Of a stretch of DNA of 64,000 bases, positions 31,467 to 40,147 are shown in pieces. The position numbers were made by a program, and so were the translations under genes. Each line of letters starts with the position of its first letter. Position 1 is the stretch's first letter. The notes under the pieces were generated by a model. The model was not told where the DNA came from, ran no database searches, and worked only from the letters and a program-made list of their open reading frames with translations. This DNA is from an uncultured delta proteobacterium (GTDB taxonomy: Bacteria; Desulfobacterota; Binatia; UBA9968), in NCBI GenBank assembly GCA_963760795.1, contig CAVXEP010000013.1, positions 128,001 through 192,000 of the forward strand, in the 5' to 3' direction.

Positions 31467-31542
31467 TACGTATCTATCTCTCAGATGAATTGTGCTCTCA
31501 ATCCAAAATCTTAGTTTTGCCTTTAAAATTTTTACTTTTGCC

Positions 31543-32605
31543 TTATCTTATGACCCTATCCGCTCGCGCCAGCACATTCGGGGGAACCGTCACGCCGATC
31601 TGCTTGGCGGCTTGCAGATTGACGACGAACTCAAACTTCGTCGGCTGCTCGACTGGAATGTCGGCGGGCTTTGTGCCTTTCAAGATCTTGTCGACAAAGT
31701 CAGCGGCGCGCCGGAATAAGTCCGCGATGTTCGGCGCGTAGCTCATCAAGCCGCCGGCCTCAACAAACTCACTGTATGGGTACATCGCCGGCAACCGGTT
31801 CTTGGCCGCAAAGTCCAACACTTGGCGTTGCTGAGTATTGATAAGTGCACTTGGGAACGTAATGAGCGCCTGGGCGCCGTCCCGTTTCGCTCGCGCGAAT
31901 GCGCCCTCAAAATCTTCAAGGACTCGCACCTCAAGCGATTGAAGTTTGAGTCCCAACGCCTTGGCCGCAGCCTCCATCTCTGTGAGAGCCAGGTTTCCCC
32001 TCGAATCAACGGGCACCCAGAGGAAGGCCACCCGGGCAACCTTAGGGAAAGCTTCCTTGAGCAGTTCCAACCGTTTGCCATCTAGATCTGGCGCCATCAT
32101 GCTAAGTCCGGTGATATTCCCTCCTGGTCGCGCCAGGCTGGAGACAATCCCAGTTCCTACTGGATCGCCAGCATTGCCGAATACGATGGGAATTGTCACG
32201 CTCGCCTTCTTGGCAGCTAAAGTAGCCGTGCCTCCGACGGTGACGATGACGTCAACTTTGAGCTGGACCAGCTCGGCTGCAAGGTCAGGCAGCCGTTCGA
32301 GTTTCCCTTCCGCATATCGGTACTCAATGACAATGTTTTTCCCTTCGACATAGCCAAGCTCGCGCAGCCGTCGGCGAAATGCTTCGATCCGGGCCGAATT
32401 GAAGGAGGCGGAGGCTCGTGACCAGGATTCCTATCCGGGGAATTCCCGCCGGCTGCTGCGCCTCGGCCACCGCCCCGCAGATTGCGAATGCGATAACGAG
32501 GGCAAGAAAGCCCACCCATTTTGGATTTGCGATTTTGGTCCGCGGGGCCGCTTTTGGATTGTCGGATCGAAGCCACAGAAATGCAGTTCGAGATAACTTC
32601 GTCAT
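31543..32605 (-). CDS. COG2984-type ABC substrate-binding protein, frameshifted near 32400
   Basis: QQPAGIPRIGIL, LRELGYVEGKNIVIEYR, DPVGTGIVSSLARPGGNITG and KPADIPVEQPTKFE motifs. Confidence 0.85.
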
Positions 32606-32665
32606 GTATTCGTTCCCCTAATCTAAAATCTAAAAGCGGCCCCGCGGACGAAAATCCAAAATGGA
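32516..32665. repeat. inverted pair of 7-nt (AAAATCY) periodic arms enclosing the RBS/start of the COG2984 gene
   Basis: ccattttggatttgcgattttggtccgcggggccgcttttggatt versus aatctaaaagcggccccgcggacgaaaatccaaaatgg. Confidence 0.85.
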
Positions 32666-32681
32666 CCTGCCCATTGCCTTC

Positions 32682-33241
32682 TTAGTCTGTGAAGCTGTGA
32701 TGCTTCAAGAACTCTTCAGCATCGCCGGCAGAGAAGAAGACCAATTTGACGGCATCGATCGATTTATCAACCGACAGAAACTGCTCGATGGTGCGCGACG
32801 ACACCGCCGCTGCCTTATCCATCGGGTAACCGTAAACACCCGTGGAGATCGCCGGGAAAGCGATTGACTTGAGTTCATGCGTCACCGCCAGACGTCAATG
32901 AGTTGAAATAGCACGCCGCCAACAGATCCGCCTTGTCCGCACCGCCGCTGCCGTAGACCGGACCGACGGTGTGGATCACATACTTCGCCGGCAATTTTCC
33001 CGCTGTGGTGATCACCGCATCTCCGGTCGGCAATCCTTGCGGGATACTGCGTGCGGCGAATTTCCGCGCAAGCCGCTTTAATCTCCGGTCCGCCGGCGCG
33101 GTGAATCGCGCCGTCCACGCCGCCGCCGCCCATCAACGTGCCATTGGCCGCGTTGACGATGGCGTCGACCGCCTCTTTGGTAATGTCGCCGACGTTAATC
33201 GCAACCCGGCCAGCCAAGTAGGTTTTAAGCGCAGTCATCAT
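32682..33241 (-). CDS. macrodomain O-acetyl-ADP-ribose deacetylase (YmdB-like), two single-base insertions
   Basis: [36 protein letters not shown] and [13 protein letters not shown] across three frames. Confidence 0.85.
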
Positions 33242-33315
33242 CTCTCCCGCTTTATATTACTATCGCGCAAGGTTTGCGACGCTTGCGCAAACGTTTCGAT
33301 GTGCGAGGACCAAGA

Positions 33316-33412
33316 CGGCGGGTTTCAAACCCGCCGCGTTTCTTTTTTGCGCCCTTTGCGTTCTTTGCGGCCAATCTTCCGAATCCGCATCTTCTCTCTG
33401 TGCCCTCAGTCA
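33316..33412. repeat. composite repeat (REP hairpin + TTTGCGYYC arm + ccgaatccg + CTCTGTG arm)
   Basis: same module order as 46531..46655. Confidence 0.8.
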
Positions 33413-33505
33413 CAGCGGACGCCAGGCAGGCGCGCGCGCTTGACTCCCGCGCCACAAACAAGCCAAAGTACCAGCCGATTCCAGTTCAACATCGCGAGGC
33501 TCTCG

Positions 33506-34471
33506 ATGATCGTCAACTGTGTCGCGTATCAGAACGGACGGAGACTCACCAACATACCGGTGAGTGAGATTCGTTCTTACATCTCACATAAAGATTGTTT
33601 CGTCTGGATGGCGCTCAACGATCCGACGCCGGACGAGCTTCAGACGATGCAAAACGAATTCGACCTACACGATCTCGCGGTGGAGGACGCCCAGCATGGC
33701 CATCAGCGGCCGAAGATCGACGAATACGAGGCCTCGTTATTTGTCGTGCTACAGATCATCGAGCGCGCGGGCGATGAGCTAACGGTCGGCGAGGTCGCTA
33801 TCTTCGTCGGCGCGAACTATGTGCTTTCCGTCCGCACCGGAGCCGAGCGCGGCTTCACTGACGTGCGCGCCCGCTGCGAGCGTGAGCCCGAACTACTCAA
33901 CCATGGAGCAGGCTACGTGCTCTACGCTTTGATGGACGCGGTGGTCGACCGTTACTTTCCCATTCTCGACGAACTCGAAACCGAGATCGAAAATATCGAA
34001 GACCGGATGTTTGCCGACCAAACCGCCAAAGCGAACATCGAGGCGCTCTACGATCTAAAGCGCAAGCTCATGACCCTCAAGCATGCCACCGAACCGTTGC
34101 TCGAAGCCACTAGCAAACTATTCGGCGGCCGCGTGCCGCAGTTGGTGGTGGGACTGCAAGATTATTTCCGGGATGTCTACGATCATGTGCTGCGCGTGCA
34201 TCAATCCGTCGACACTCTGCGCGACATGATCACTACCGCTATCTCGGTGGCGATCTCGCTGATCACGATTCAAGAAAATGAGGTCACCAAGCGGTTGGCC
34301 GGCTACGCCGCCCTCGTGGCGGTGCCGACTCTGATCGCTGGCATTTACGGCATGAATTTCCAACACATGCCGGAACTCAACTCGCCGTGGGGCTACCCGC
34401 TCACCGTGGCGGCAATGATCGGTATCGATGTGTACCTGTTCTGGCGCTTTCGCAAAGCCAAGTGGCTTTAA
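33506..34471 (+). CDS. corA: magnesium/cobalt transporter CorA
   Basis: HQRPKID, GIYGMNF signature, MPEL, two C-terminal TM segments. Confidence 0.93.
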   Translation: MIVNCVAYQNGRRLTNIPVSEIRSYISHKDCFVWMALNDPTPDELQTMQNEFDLHDLAVEDAQHGHQRPKIDEYEASLFVVLQIIERAGDELTVGEVAIFVGANYVLSVRTGAERGFTDVRARCEREPELLNHGAGYVLYALMDAVVDRYFPILDELETEIENIEDRMFADQTAKANIEALYDLKRKLMTLKHATEPLLEATSKLFGGRVPQLVVGLQDYFRDVYDHVLRVHQSVDTLRDMITTAISVAISLITIQENEVTKRLAGYAALVAVPTLIAGIYGMNFQHMPELNSPWGYPLTVAAMIGIDVYLFWRFRKAKWL

Positions 34472-34478
34472 CTGTCCG

Positions 34479-34760
34479 ATGTCGAAGAGGGTCTGCTTAA
34501 ACGGCGCGGTCGGCGTACGCGGCATTGCGATCATTGAAGCCGTTAAAGGTCCACTGATTTTACTGGTTGGCTTCGGCTTGTTATCCTTGGCTCACCGCGA
34601 CGTTGAACAATTCGCCGCGGAACTGGTTCGCCATGCCCATCTAAATCCCGCCAGCCACTAACCGCACATCTTCATTGAAGCCGCGACAAAGGCGACGAGC
34701 GTTAGAGTCCACCGCTGCCGCGACTGGGTGATTACGCTGGCCTATAAGCGTATCGCTTCG
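34479..34760 (+). pseudogene. truncated DUF2127-like membrane protein
   Basis: GVRGIAIIEAVKG...HLNPASH*PHIFIEAA; nonsense codon at 34659 and C-terminal half missing. Confidence 0.6.
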
Positions 34761-34764
34761 ACAA

Positions 34765-36054
34765 TTGTCCCGTGAATCGCTACTGTGGCGCGTGACTCCG
34801 GTAACCCCAGATAGGCCAGACTCCGTTGCGGTCAGTCGCATCGCGGCCTTACATTACCGCGATTTCCGGCTCTACTGGGTGGGTCTCTTTCTCGCCAACA
34901 TCGGCACCTGGATGCAGATTACCGCGGTCAGTTGGCTGATTTATAGAATCACCAGCTCACCGTTTCAGCTCGGCATGAATGGGCTTTTTCGCGCGGTGCC
35001 GGCGATCGGCTTAAGTATCCTCAGCGGGACGATTGCCGATCGCTACGACCGTAAGAAGCTCATGCTTACGACCCAGTGTCTGCTCGGTGCGCTGGCGCTG
35101 TTACTCGGCGTGCTAGACCATTCCGAAAACATTCAGCTTTGGCAAATCTATGCGGTGACGTTTCTGAGCGCGGCGGTAGCTTCCTGCGATGGGCCGGCGC
35201 GCCAAGCGCTGTTTCCTACTCTGGTTCCCCAAGCGGTTCTAGCGAACGCGGTGGCGCTCAATTCCGTTTTGATGAAAGGGCCGGCGCTGATCGGTCCACT
35301 GCTGGCGGGGGCGGTCATCAGCTTGATCGGCACGCACGGGGCATTTTACGCGAATGCAGCAAGTTATCTTTGCACGATAGTCGCGTTGTTATTAATGCGC
35401 ACACCCACCCCGGCGACGGCGTCGGCAAGAAAGCCCAGCTTCGGTGAAGATATCAAAAGCGGCATTAGCTACGTGCACTCACAAAAAATCATTCTCGGCA
35501 TTATCGTCATGGAAGCGACGACGTCGGTCTTCGGCATGGATAACGCGATGTTAACTATTTTTGCCAGCGATATCCTGCGTGTCGGCGCGCACGGCTTCGG
35601 CATCATGCAATCGGCGCGGGGCATTGGCGCGGTGGTCGGTTCGAGCTTTTTCATCAGTGTCGGCCAACGGCCTTTTCTGGGAAACATTCTATTAGGTTCC
35701 TCGATCGTTTACGGCTTGTGTTTCGCCCTTTTCGGTTTATCGAATTCATACATTCTATCGTTAATGCTACTTGCATGTGTCGGAGCGGCGGATGCAATTT
35801 GGTCAGCGGCGCGAAGCACGATACTACAGTGGACGGCTCCCAATGAGTTGCGTGGCCGGGTCATGGGTATATTCCAAATTGCCACGCAGGGACTCAATCC
35901 CATGGGCCAGGTCGAAACCGGAGTCGTGGTGCCGATCATCGGCGCGCGCGAAGCGACATTTTTTGGAGGATCGATCGTGTGGCTCGCGACCATGCTGACA
36001 ATCTGGCAGATCCCGCAGATTCGGAAGTTCAGACTCGAAGGTCGTAAACAATGA
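34765..36054 (+). CDS. MFS transporter (DUF894/EntS-like); exact start uncertain
   Basis: ALHYRDFRLYW, GTIADRYDRK and ELRGRVMG motifs; about 12 TM segments. Confidence 0.88.
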   Translation: MSRESLLWRVTPVTPDRPDSVAVSRIAALHYRDFRLYWVGLFLANIGTWMQITAVSWLIYRITSSPFQLGMNGLFRAVPAIGLSILSGTIADRYDRKKLMLTTQCLLGALALLLGVLDHSENIQLWQIYAVTFLSAAVASCDGPARQALFPTLVPQAVLANAVALNSVLMKGPALIGPLLAGAVISLIGTHGAFYANAASYLCTIVALLLMRTPTPATASARKPSFGEDIKSGISYVHSQKIILGIIVMEATTSVFGMDNAMLTIFASDILRVGAHGFGIMQSARGIGAVVGSSFFISVGQRPFLGNILLGSSIVYGLCFALFGLSNSYILSLMLLACVGAADAIWSAARSTILQWTAPNELRGRVMGIFQIATQGLNPMGQVETGVVVPIIGAREATFFGGSIVWLATMLTIWQIPQIRKFRLEGRKQ

Positions 36055-36207
36055 GATATATTTAACGCGAGCTTTCGGGGTTCTTCCTCCAACGATCCGT
36101 GTACAGATTTACAACCGCGATGAATCCCTCAACATCTGGCAGCTCGCTTGAATATTCGCCGCGGGCTACGATCTCTCACATCATCGCATTCATAGCGAAG
36201 GAGTCTT

Positions 36208-36897
36208 GTGGATAAGTTAACTCGCGCCGACGCAACTCCCGAGTTACGGGACGCTGAACCGCGGTGGCCGGCTTTCGTAGCCGTACTGGCGGCTGGCGGT
36301 CTCTATGCCGCATTACCCGAAGTCTTGACCATGGGCCCGCGTTGGCTCTTTCCATCGGTCGTTTTGGCGCTGCTGATTCCCAACATCGTTGCTCATCACA
36401 CAGGCAGCCATCGGCTTAACACGCTCATCGGTTTCATCGTCGATGGAGTGCTCACGGCCGGACTCATTATAACCCTCGGACTTTTAGTCACCGCTCTGCC
36501 GACGCAGAAGGTAACGCCCATCGCGCTGCTGCTTGCGGCAGCATCTCTGTGGGTTACCAATATTCTAGTCTTTGCACTGTGGTATTGGCGGCTGGATGCC
36601 GGCGGGCCGCATCAACGGGACAAACGCGCGGCACACAGCGAAGGTGCGTTTCTCTTTCCTCAAATGACTATGAGCGAAGAAGCGTTGAGACAAACCGGCC
36701 AACGGCGCTGGTCGCCGAATTTCGTCGATTACTTGTTCTTGGCTTTCAACACCAACACGGCATTTTCGCCCACCGACGTGCCGGTGTTGGCGCGCTGGGC
36801 AAAAGTCTTGATGATGGTGCAATCGCTGCTATCGTTATTAATCATCGTGTTATTAGCCGGGCGCGCTATCAACATATTGGGAGGGATTAGCGACTAG
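36208..36897 (+). CDS. DUF1345-like membrane protein
   Basis: FALWYWRLDAGGP, FLFPQM and PNFVDYLFLAFNTNTAFSPTD. Confidence 0.75.
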   Translation: MDKLTRADATPELRDAEPRWPAFVAVLAAGGLYAALPEVLTMGPRWLFPSVVLALLIPNIVAHHTGSHRLNTLIGFIVDGVLTAGLIITLGLLVTALPTQKVTPIALLLAAASLWVTNILVFALWYWRLDAGGPHQRDKRAAHSEGAFLFPQMTMSEEALRQTGQRRWSPNFVDYLFLAFNTNTAFSPTDVPVLARWAKVLMMVQSLLSLLIIVLLAGRAINILGGISD

Positions 36898-36946
36898 GAG
36901 CAAACGACATGAATTTGTTTTCTCGCGTTGGCAACGCGCACCGGAT

Positions 36947-37681
36947 CTAACCGAGCGGCACGAGCTCTTTTAATTTCGGTAGGAGCTCATCATAGCCGTA
37001 GATCACCGCTTTAGGCGCGGCGGCGCGGAGGGTTTCTTCGTCGTTGTATGAGTGTTGCGTCGACAAAGCGATGGCAATCACTTCGAGAAACGTGTCGCCC
37101 ACTTTGCAGCCATCGGCGTTGTTGGCGGCTTTGATGTAATTCGCCGTGCCACTGAGCAAGACGATGCGTATGTGCGGCGTTTTTTGTTTGCGGTAGAGGT
37201 AATAGAAGCCCTGCTCTTTGGCGTAGTAGGTTTGTTCACGGTCGACGATTTCTTCGAAATAATCGCCGATGCCGACTTTTTCCATAGCCTGGTGCTTATA
37301 ACGCCGTCCGCCGGTGGTCATTAGCACATTGCGCAGACCCGCGGCTTTGGTTTCCTGTAACGACTTTTCGATGCCGAGTTGAAACTCCGGCGGATTGACA
37401 TCGTAGCCATGCTTGCGCGCGATCTCCAATGCGATCCTGCGGATCTCAACGCGCTTGGCCTCATTGAACGGCAGATTGTGATCCTTGGCATACTCCGCGG
37501 CAAAAATAAGCGGGATCAAAAACAGATCGAACGGGCCATCGGCGATTTTACGCAGCTCTTCGAAACTCAGCGGTGGCAAGTTATAACGCGCCAAGAGCTC
37601 GTTGGCGATCACGTGGACCCGCTGAATATCAGTCTCCACGGTATCTGACATCGTTCGCACCAAAAACATGTCGCTTGCCAT
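36947..37681 (-). CDS. HAD-fold protein with degenerate catalytic motifs
   Basis: HAD-like layout (GLRNVLMTT, GIGDYFEEIV, ETLRAAAPKAVI) but no DxD or GDxxxD; GGAGG RBS. Confidence 0.55.
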   Translation of the reverse strand: MASDMFLVRTMSDTVETDIQRVHVIANELLARYNLPPLSFEELRKIADGPFDLFLIPLIFAAEYAKDHNLPFNEAKRVEIRRIALEIARKHGYDVNPPEFQLGIEKSLQETKAAGLRNVLMTTGGRRYKHQAMEKVGIGDYFEEIVDREQTYYAKEQGFYYLYRKQKTPHIRIVLLSGTANYIKAANNADGCKVGDTFLEVIAIALSTQHSYNDEETLRAAAPKAVIYGYDELLPKLKELVPLG

Positions 37682-37737
37682 GGTTTTGCCCTCCCTGGGA
37701 CGCATATTATTGAAGCCCGCCGTTAGTGGCAAGGGTT

Positions 37738-37830
37738 CTCAAATTACAAATTCCAGATTACAAACTCCAAATTAATCCGGAACAGTCCGATTTTTTTTGG
37801 AATATGGAATCTGTAATTTGTAATTTCGAG
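37738..37830. repeat. palindromic element with 7-nt periodic arms
   Basis: aaattac-aaattcc-agattac-aaactcc / ttggaat-atggaat-ctgtaat-ttgtaat around atccggaacagtccgat. Confidence 0.88.
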
Positions 37831-37831
37831 G

Positions 37832-38128
37832 TTAGTCCTCGCTCACGCGAGGACTAACTTCGAACGGCAACTTATGTCTGCGTGCCGAATTGCACGGCTT
37901 GCAGCTCGGCACGACATTACCTTTAGTCGACTTGCCGCCGCGCACCACCGGCACGAGATGATCCATGGTCAGTTCCGCCGGCGCAAACTTGCCAGCACAA
38001 TGGTGGCAAACTCCGATCGCCAGCTTGCGCTTCCACCACTGGCTCTGGCGCAGCTCTCGCGCCTTCTGCCGCTCGCGGCGCATCGCTGCTTCGGACAATT
38101 CGACTAGAAAGGGCGTAGGCTCCATCAT
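37832..38128 (-). CDS. small HNH endonuclease family protein
   Basis: CHHC...LTMDHLVPVVRGGKSTKGNVVPSCKPCN. Confidence 0.9.
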   Translation of the reverse strand: MMEPTPFLVELSEAAMRRERQKARELRQSQWWKRKLAIGVCHHCAGKFAPAELTMDHLVPVVRGGKSTKGNVVPSCKPCNSARRHKLPFEVSPRVSED

Positions 38129-39078
38129 CACCTGGCGGCGCTCGGGAAGAAACTGGTATCGATAACCCGGCGCGCATCGAGTTCCTTTTCTTTGCCGCTG
38201 CTGAGGCTGCGAATGATCGTCTGTAAACCGGCGGCGGTGGGTACCGGCTCTTCGCGGATGCGTTTGCGCAAATTCTCGTAAGTGACTTTCAACTCGGTGT
38301 CACTTTGCCGGGAAAACTTGCGTAGGTACGGGATAACCGCTTCAGGATGGCTGCGATGGAACTTGATCCCTTCGACGTACGCCCGCATAAAACGCTCCAC
38401 CAGCGGCCGGTTTTCCGTGATCAATGCACCCCGCGTCGCCAGCGTATAGTGTGCGTATTCGACATCGAGATCGGTGAGGTCGGCCAAAACGTTCAACCCC
38501 ATGCGCTGCACTTCGACAATCTGCGGCGGCGATAACAGACTGGCCTGCACATGTTTGCCTTGAAGCGCCGCCATGCGCGCCACCGTCAAACCGACTTGCA
38601 GCATGCGCACGTCCTTGTCCGGATCGAGCCCCCAACGGCGTAGCGCTTCGCGGGATGCGAACTCGTCGCCCGAGCCGAAGCGGCTAATCGCCAGCGTCTT
38701 GCCTTTCAGGTCGGCAGGCTTTTGCAGCTCGGGCAACGTCACCATGACGTAGTTGAAGCGGTTCATGAACACAGCGATGATCTTTAGATCGATTCCGGCG
38801 GCCACCGCGGCCACTACCGGTACCGCACCGACATGGGCGAAACTCACCTCGCCGGCGATCAGCGATTGCACCACTGTCGCCGAGCTGCCAATCTGGATGT
38901 TCTCCACAGCAAAGCCATGTTTCTTGTAGATGCCGCTGTCGATCGCGACCTGGATATGATCCGAGGAGCCGCCGATGTTGGCGACGCGGATTTTCGTCAC
39001 GGGTTGAGCGTGGGTCACACTGATTTGGCTGAGCAACGGCAAAATGGAGATGATCTTAAGTATTAGAATTGGGCGCAT
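38128..39078 (-). CDS. NMT1/SsuA-type substrate-binding protein
   Basis: GIYKKHG, PADLKGKTLAISRFGS and GLDPDKDV motifs. Confidence 0.85.
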   Translation of the reverse strand: MRPILILKIISILPLLSQISVTHAQPVTKIRVANIGGSSDHIQVAIDSGIYKKHGFAVENIQIGSSATVVQSLIAGEVSFAHVGAVPVVAAVAAGIDLKIIAVFMNRFNYVMVTLPELQKPADLKGKTLAISRFGSGDEFASREALRRWGLDPDKDVRMLQVGLTVARMAALQGKHVQASLLSPPQIVEVQRMGLNVLADLTDLDVEYAHYTLATRGALITENRPLVERFMRAYVEGIKFHRSHPEAVIPYLRKFSRQSDTELKVTYENLRKRIREEPVPTAAGLQTIIRSLSSGKEKELDARRVIDTSFFPSAAR

Positions 39079-39105
39079 AAACACGTCTCGCGCTAATTTC
39101 CGACA

Positions 39106-39254
39106 TCCATCTCTTCGACGTTGGAGGACAAAGAGCCTGCCCCGGACCCGATCCGGGATCGGGGGCGCGCGTCAGGTTTATGACGTGCGCAGCATCCCCA
39201 TCCTGACCCTTCGGCTGGCTCAGGGCAAGGTCTTCCCAGGTTGAGGGGAAAGGA
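39106..39254. repeat. nested REP-like palindrome carrying two short inserted modules
   Basis: arms interrupted by cctgccccggacccgatccggg (39136-39157) and cccttcggctggctcagggcaagg (39207-39230); central hairpin gcgcgcgtca/tgacgtgcgc. Confidence 0.65.
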
Positions 39255-39339
39255 GGTTTCGTAGCGGCATTCGCGACAAAATGAGCTTTCACCCAGCCCC
39301 CTTACGTCCGTCTGCTGTGCTTGGTTCGTTCCCAACGAT

Positions 39340-39894
39340 TTATACAAACTCGATCATCCCCAACCGGGAAAAGCGAAACTGCTTATTCGCCGAGGCCGGT
39401 AGGATCGTCATCTGATGAATCGCGTACTCATGTTCGTAGTTTCGTTTAGCGTTGACGCCGTCGAGGGGAATGACCACATCGTACTTATAAATCCGCGCCG
39501 CTGTCGTCGCCGTGTAGAGCACGGCGAAGTTAGTCGCCGAACCGACGATCACCAGCGACCGGCAGTGGCATTTGTCCAACTCGGCTTTTAACTCACCATC
39601 CATGAACTTATCGAAGGCATCGGGATACAGGATCGGTTCCGACGGCCTTCGCTGCAATGGCCCGGCAACTTCACCCAACGCCGTTCCCTTACCCATGGCG
39701 GAGATGGTGTACAAAATCGGTATCGCGGCCTGTCGCGCCCGATCGAGAAAGCTACTCAAGGGCTGCATCAACTTCGAGCAGACTTCCTGAGGATCCTCGC
39801 AGCGTACGCTCAAATCGAGCACTATGATCGCTGAAGTCTTGCCGACAAGTTTTACTGGTTGTGGCTCCGGCCGGTTAGGCCCCTCTTGAGTCAT
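39340..39894 (-). CDS. isochorismatase/cysteine hydrolase family protein lacking the nucleophilic Cys
   Basis: SAIIVLD, SLVIVGSATNFAVLYTA and YDVVIPLDG motifs. Confidence 0.8.
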   Translation of the reverse strand: MTQEGPNRPEPQPVKLVGKTSAIIVLDLSVRCEDPQEVCSKLMQPLSSFLDRARQAAIPILYTISAMGKGTALGEVAGPLQRRPSEPILYPDAFDKFMDGELKAELDKCHCRSLVIVGSATNFAVLYTATTAARIYKYDVVIPLDGVNAKRNYEHEYAIHQMTILPASANKQFRFSRLGMIEFV

Positions 39895-40147
39895 GAGTAT
39901 TCTCCTCGATGAAGTCGGTTTCGAGCAATACCGCGCAGGACGGGCAATAGCGCTGGCGCAGTACGTATTGGCCGTTGAGCACGGACATCAGCGCGCCGGC
40001 TTTGGTCGGCGCCAGCAGGCGAGTTTTGCTGCACTCGCGCCAGTCTTCGCCGGCGCGGCAGTACTTGTGGCCACATGGGGCGCAGCAAATCCAAGCGGCG
40101 CCGTCAAGATTCTCGACGACCAAGTTTGCCCGCAGCGGATGTCTCAT
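39875..40147 (-). CDS. acetone carboxylase gamma-subunit-like Zn-ribbon protein
   Basis: CCAPCGH...LRQRYCPSCAVLLETD; overlaps both neighbouring genes. Confidence 0.75.
   Translation of the reverse strand: MRHPLRANLVVENLDGAAWICCAPCGHKYCRAGEDWRECSKTRLLAPTKAGALMSVLNGQYVLRQRYCPSCAVLLETDFIEENTHDSRGA

Noticed and set aside
32969-33505. 180-aa N-terminal extension of CorA
   Set aside because: It overlaps the antisense macrodomain gene and a composite repeat; ATG 33506 gives a normal-length CorA.
37832-38128. HNH gene as a mobile or homing element, or as the mobiliser of the adjacent 7-nt repeat
   Set aside because: It is a short stand-alone HNH protein coupled to an SBP gene; the repeat lies wholly downstream rather than flanking it.
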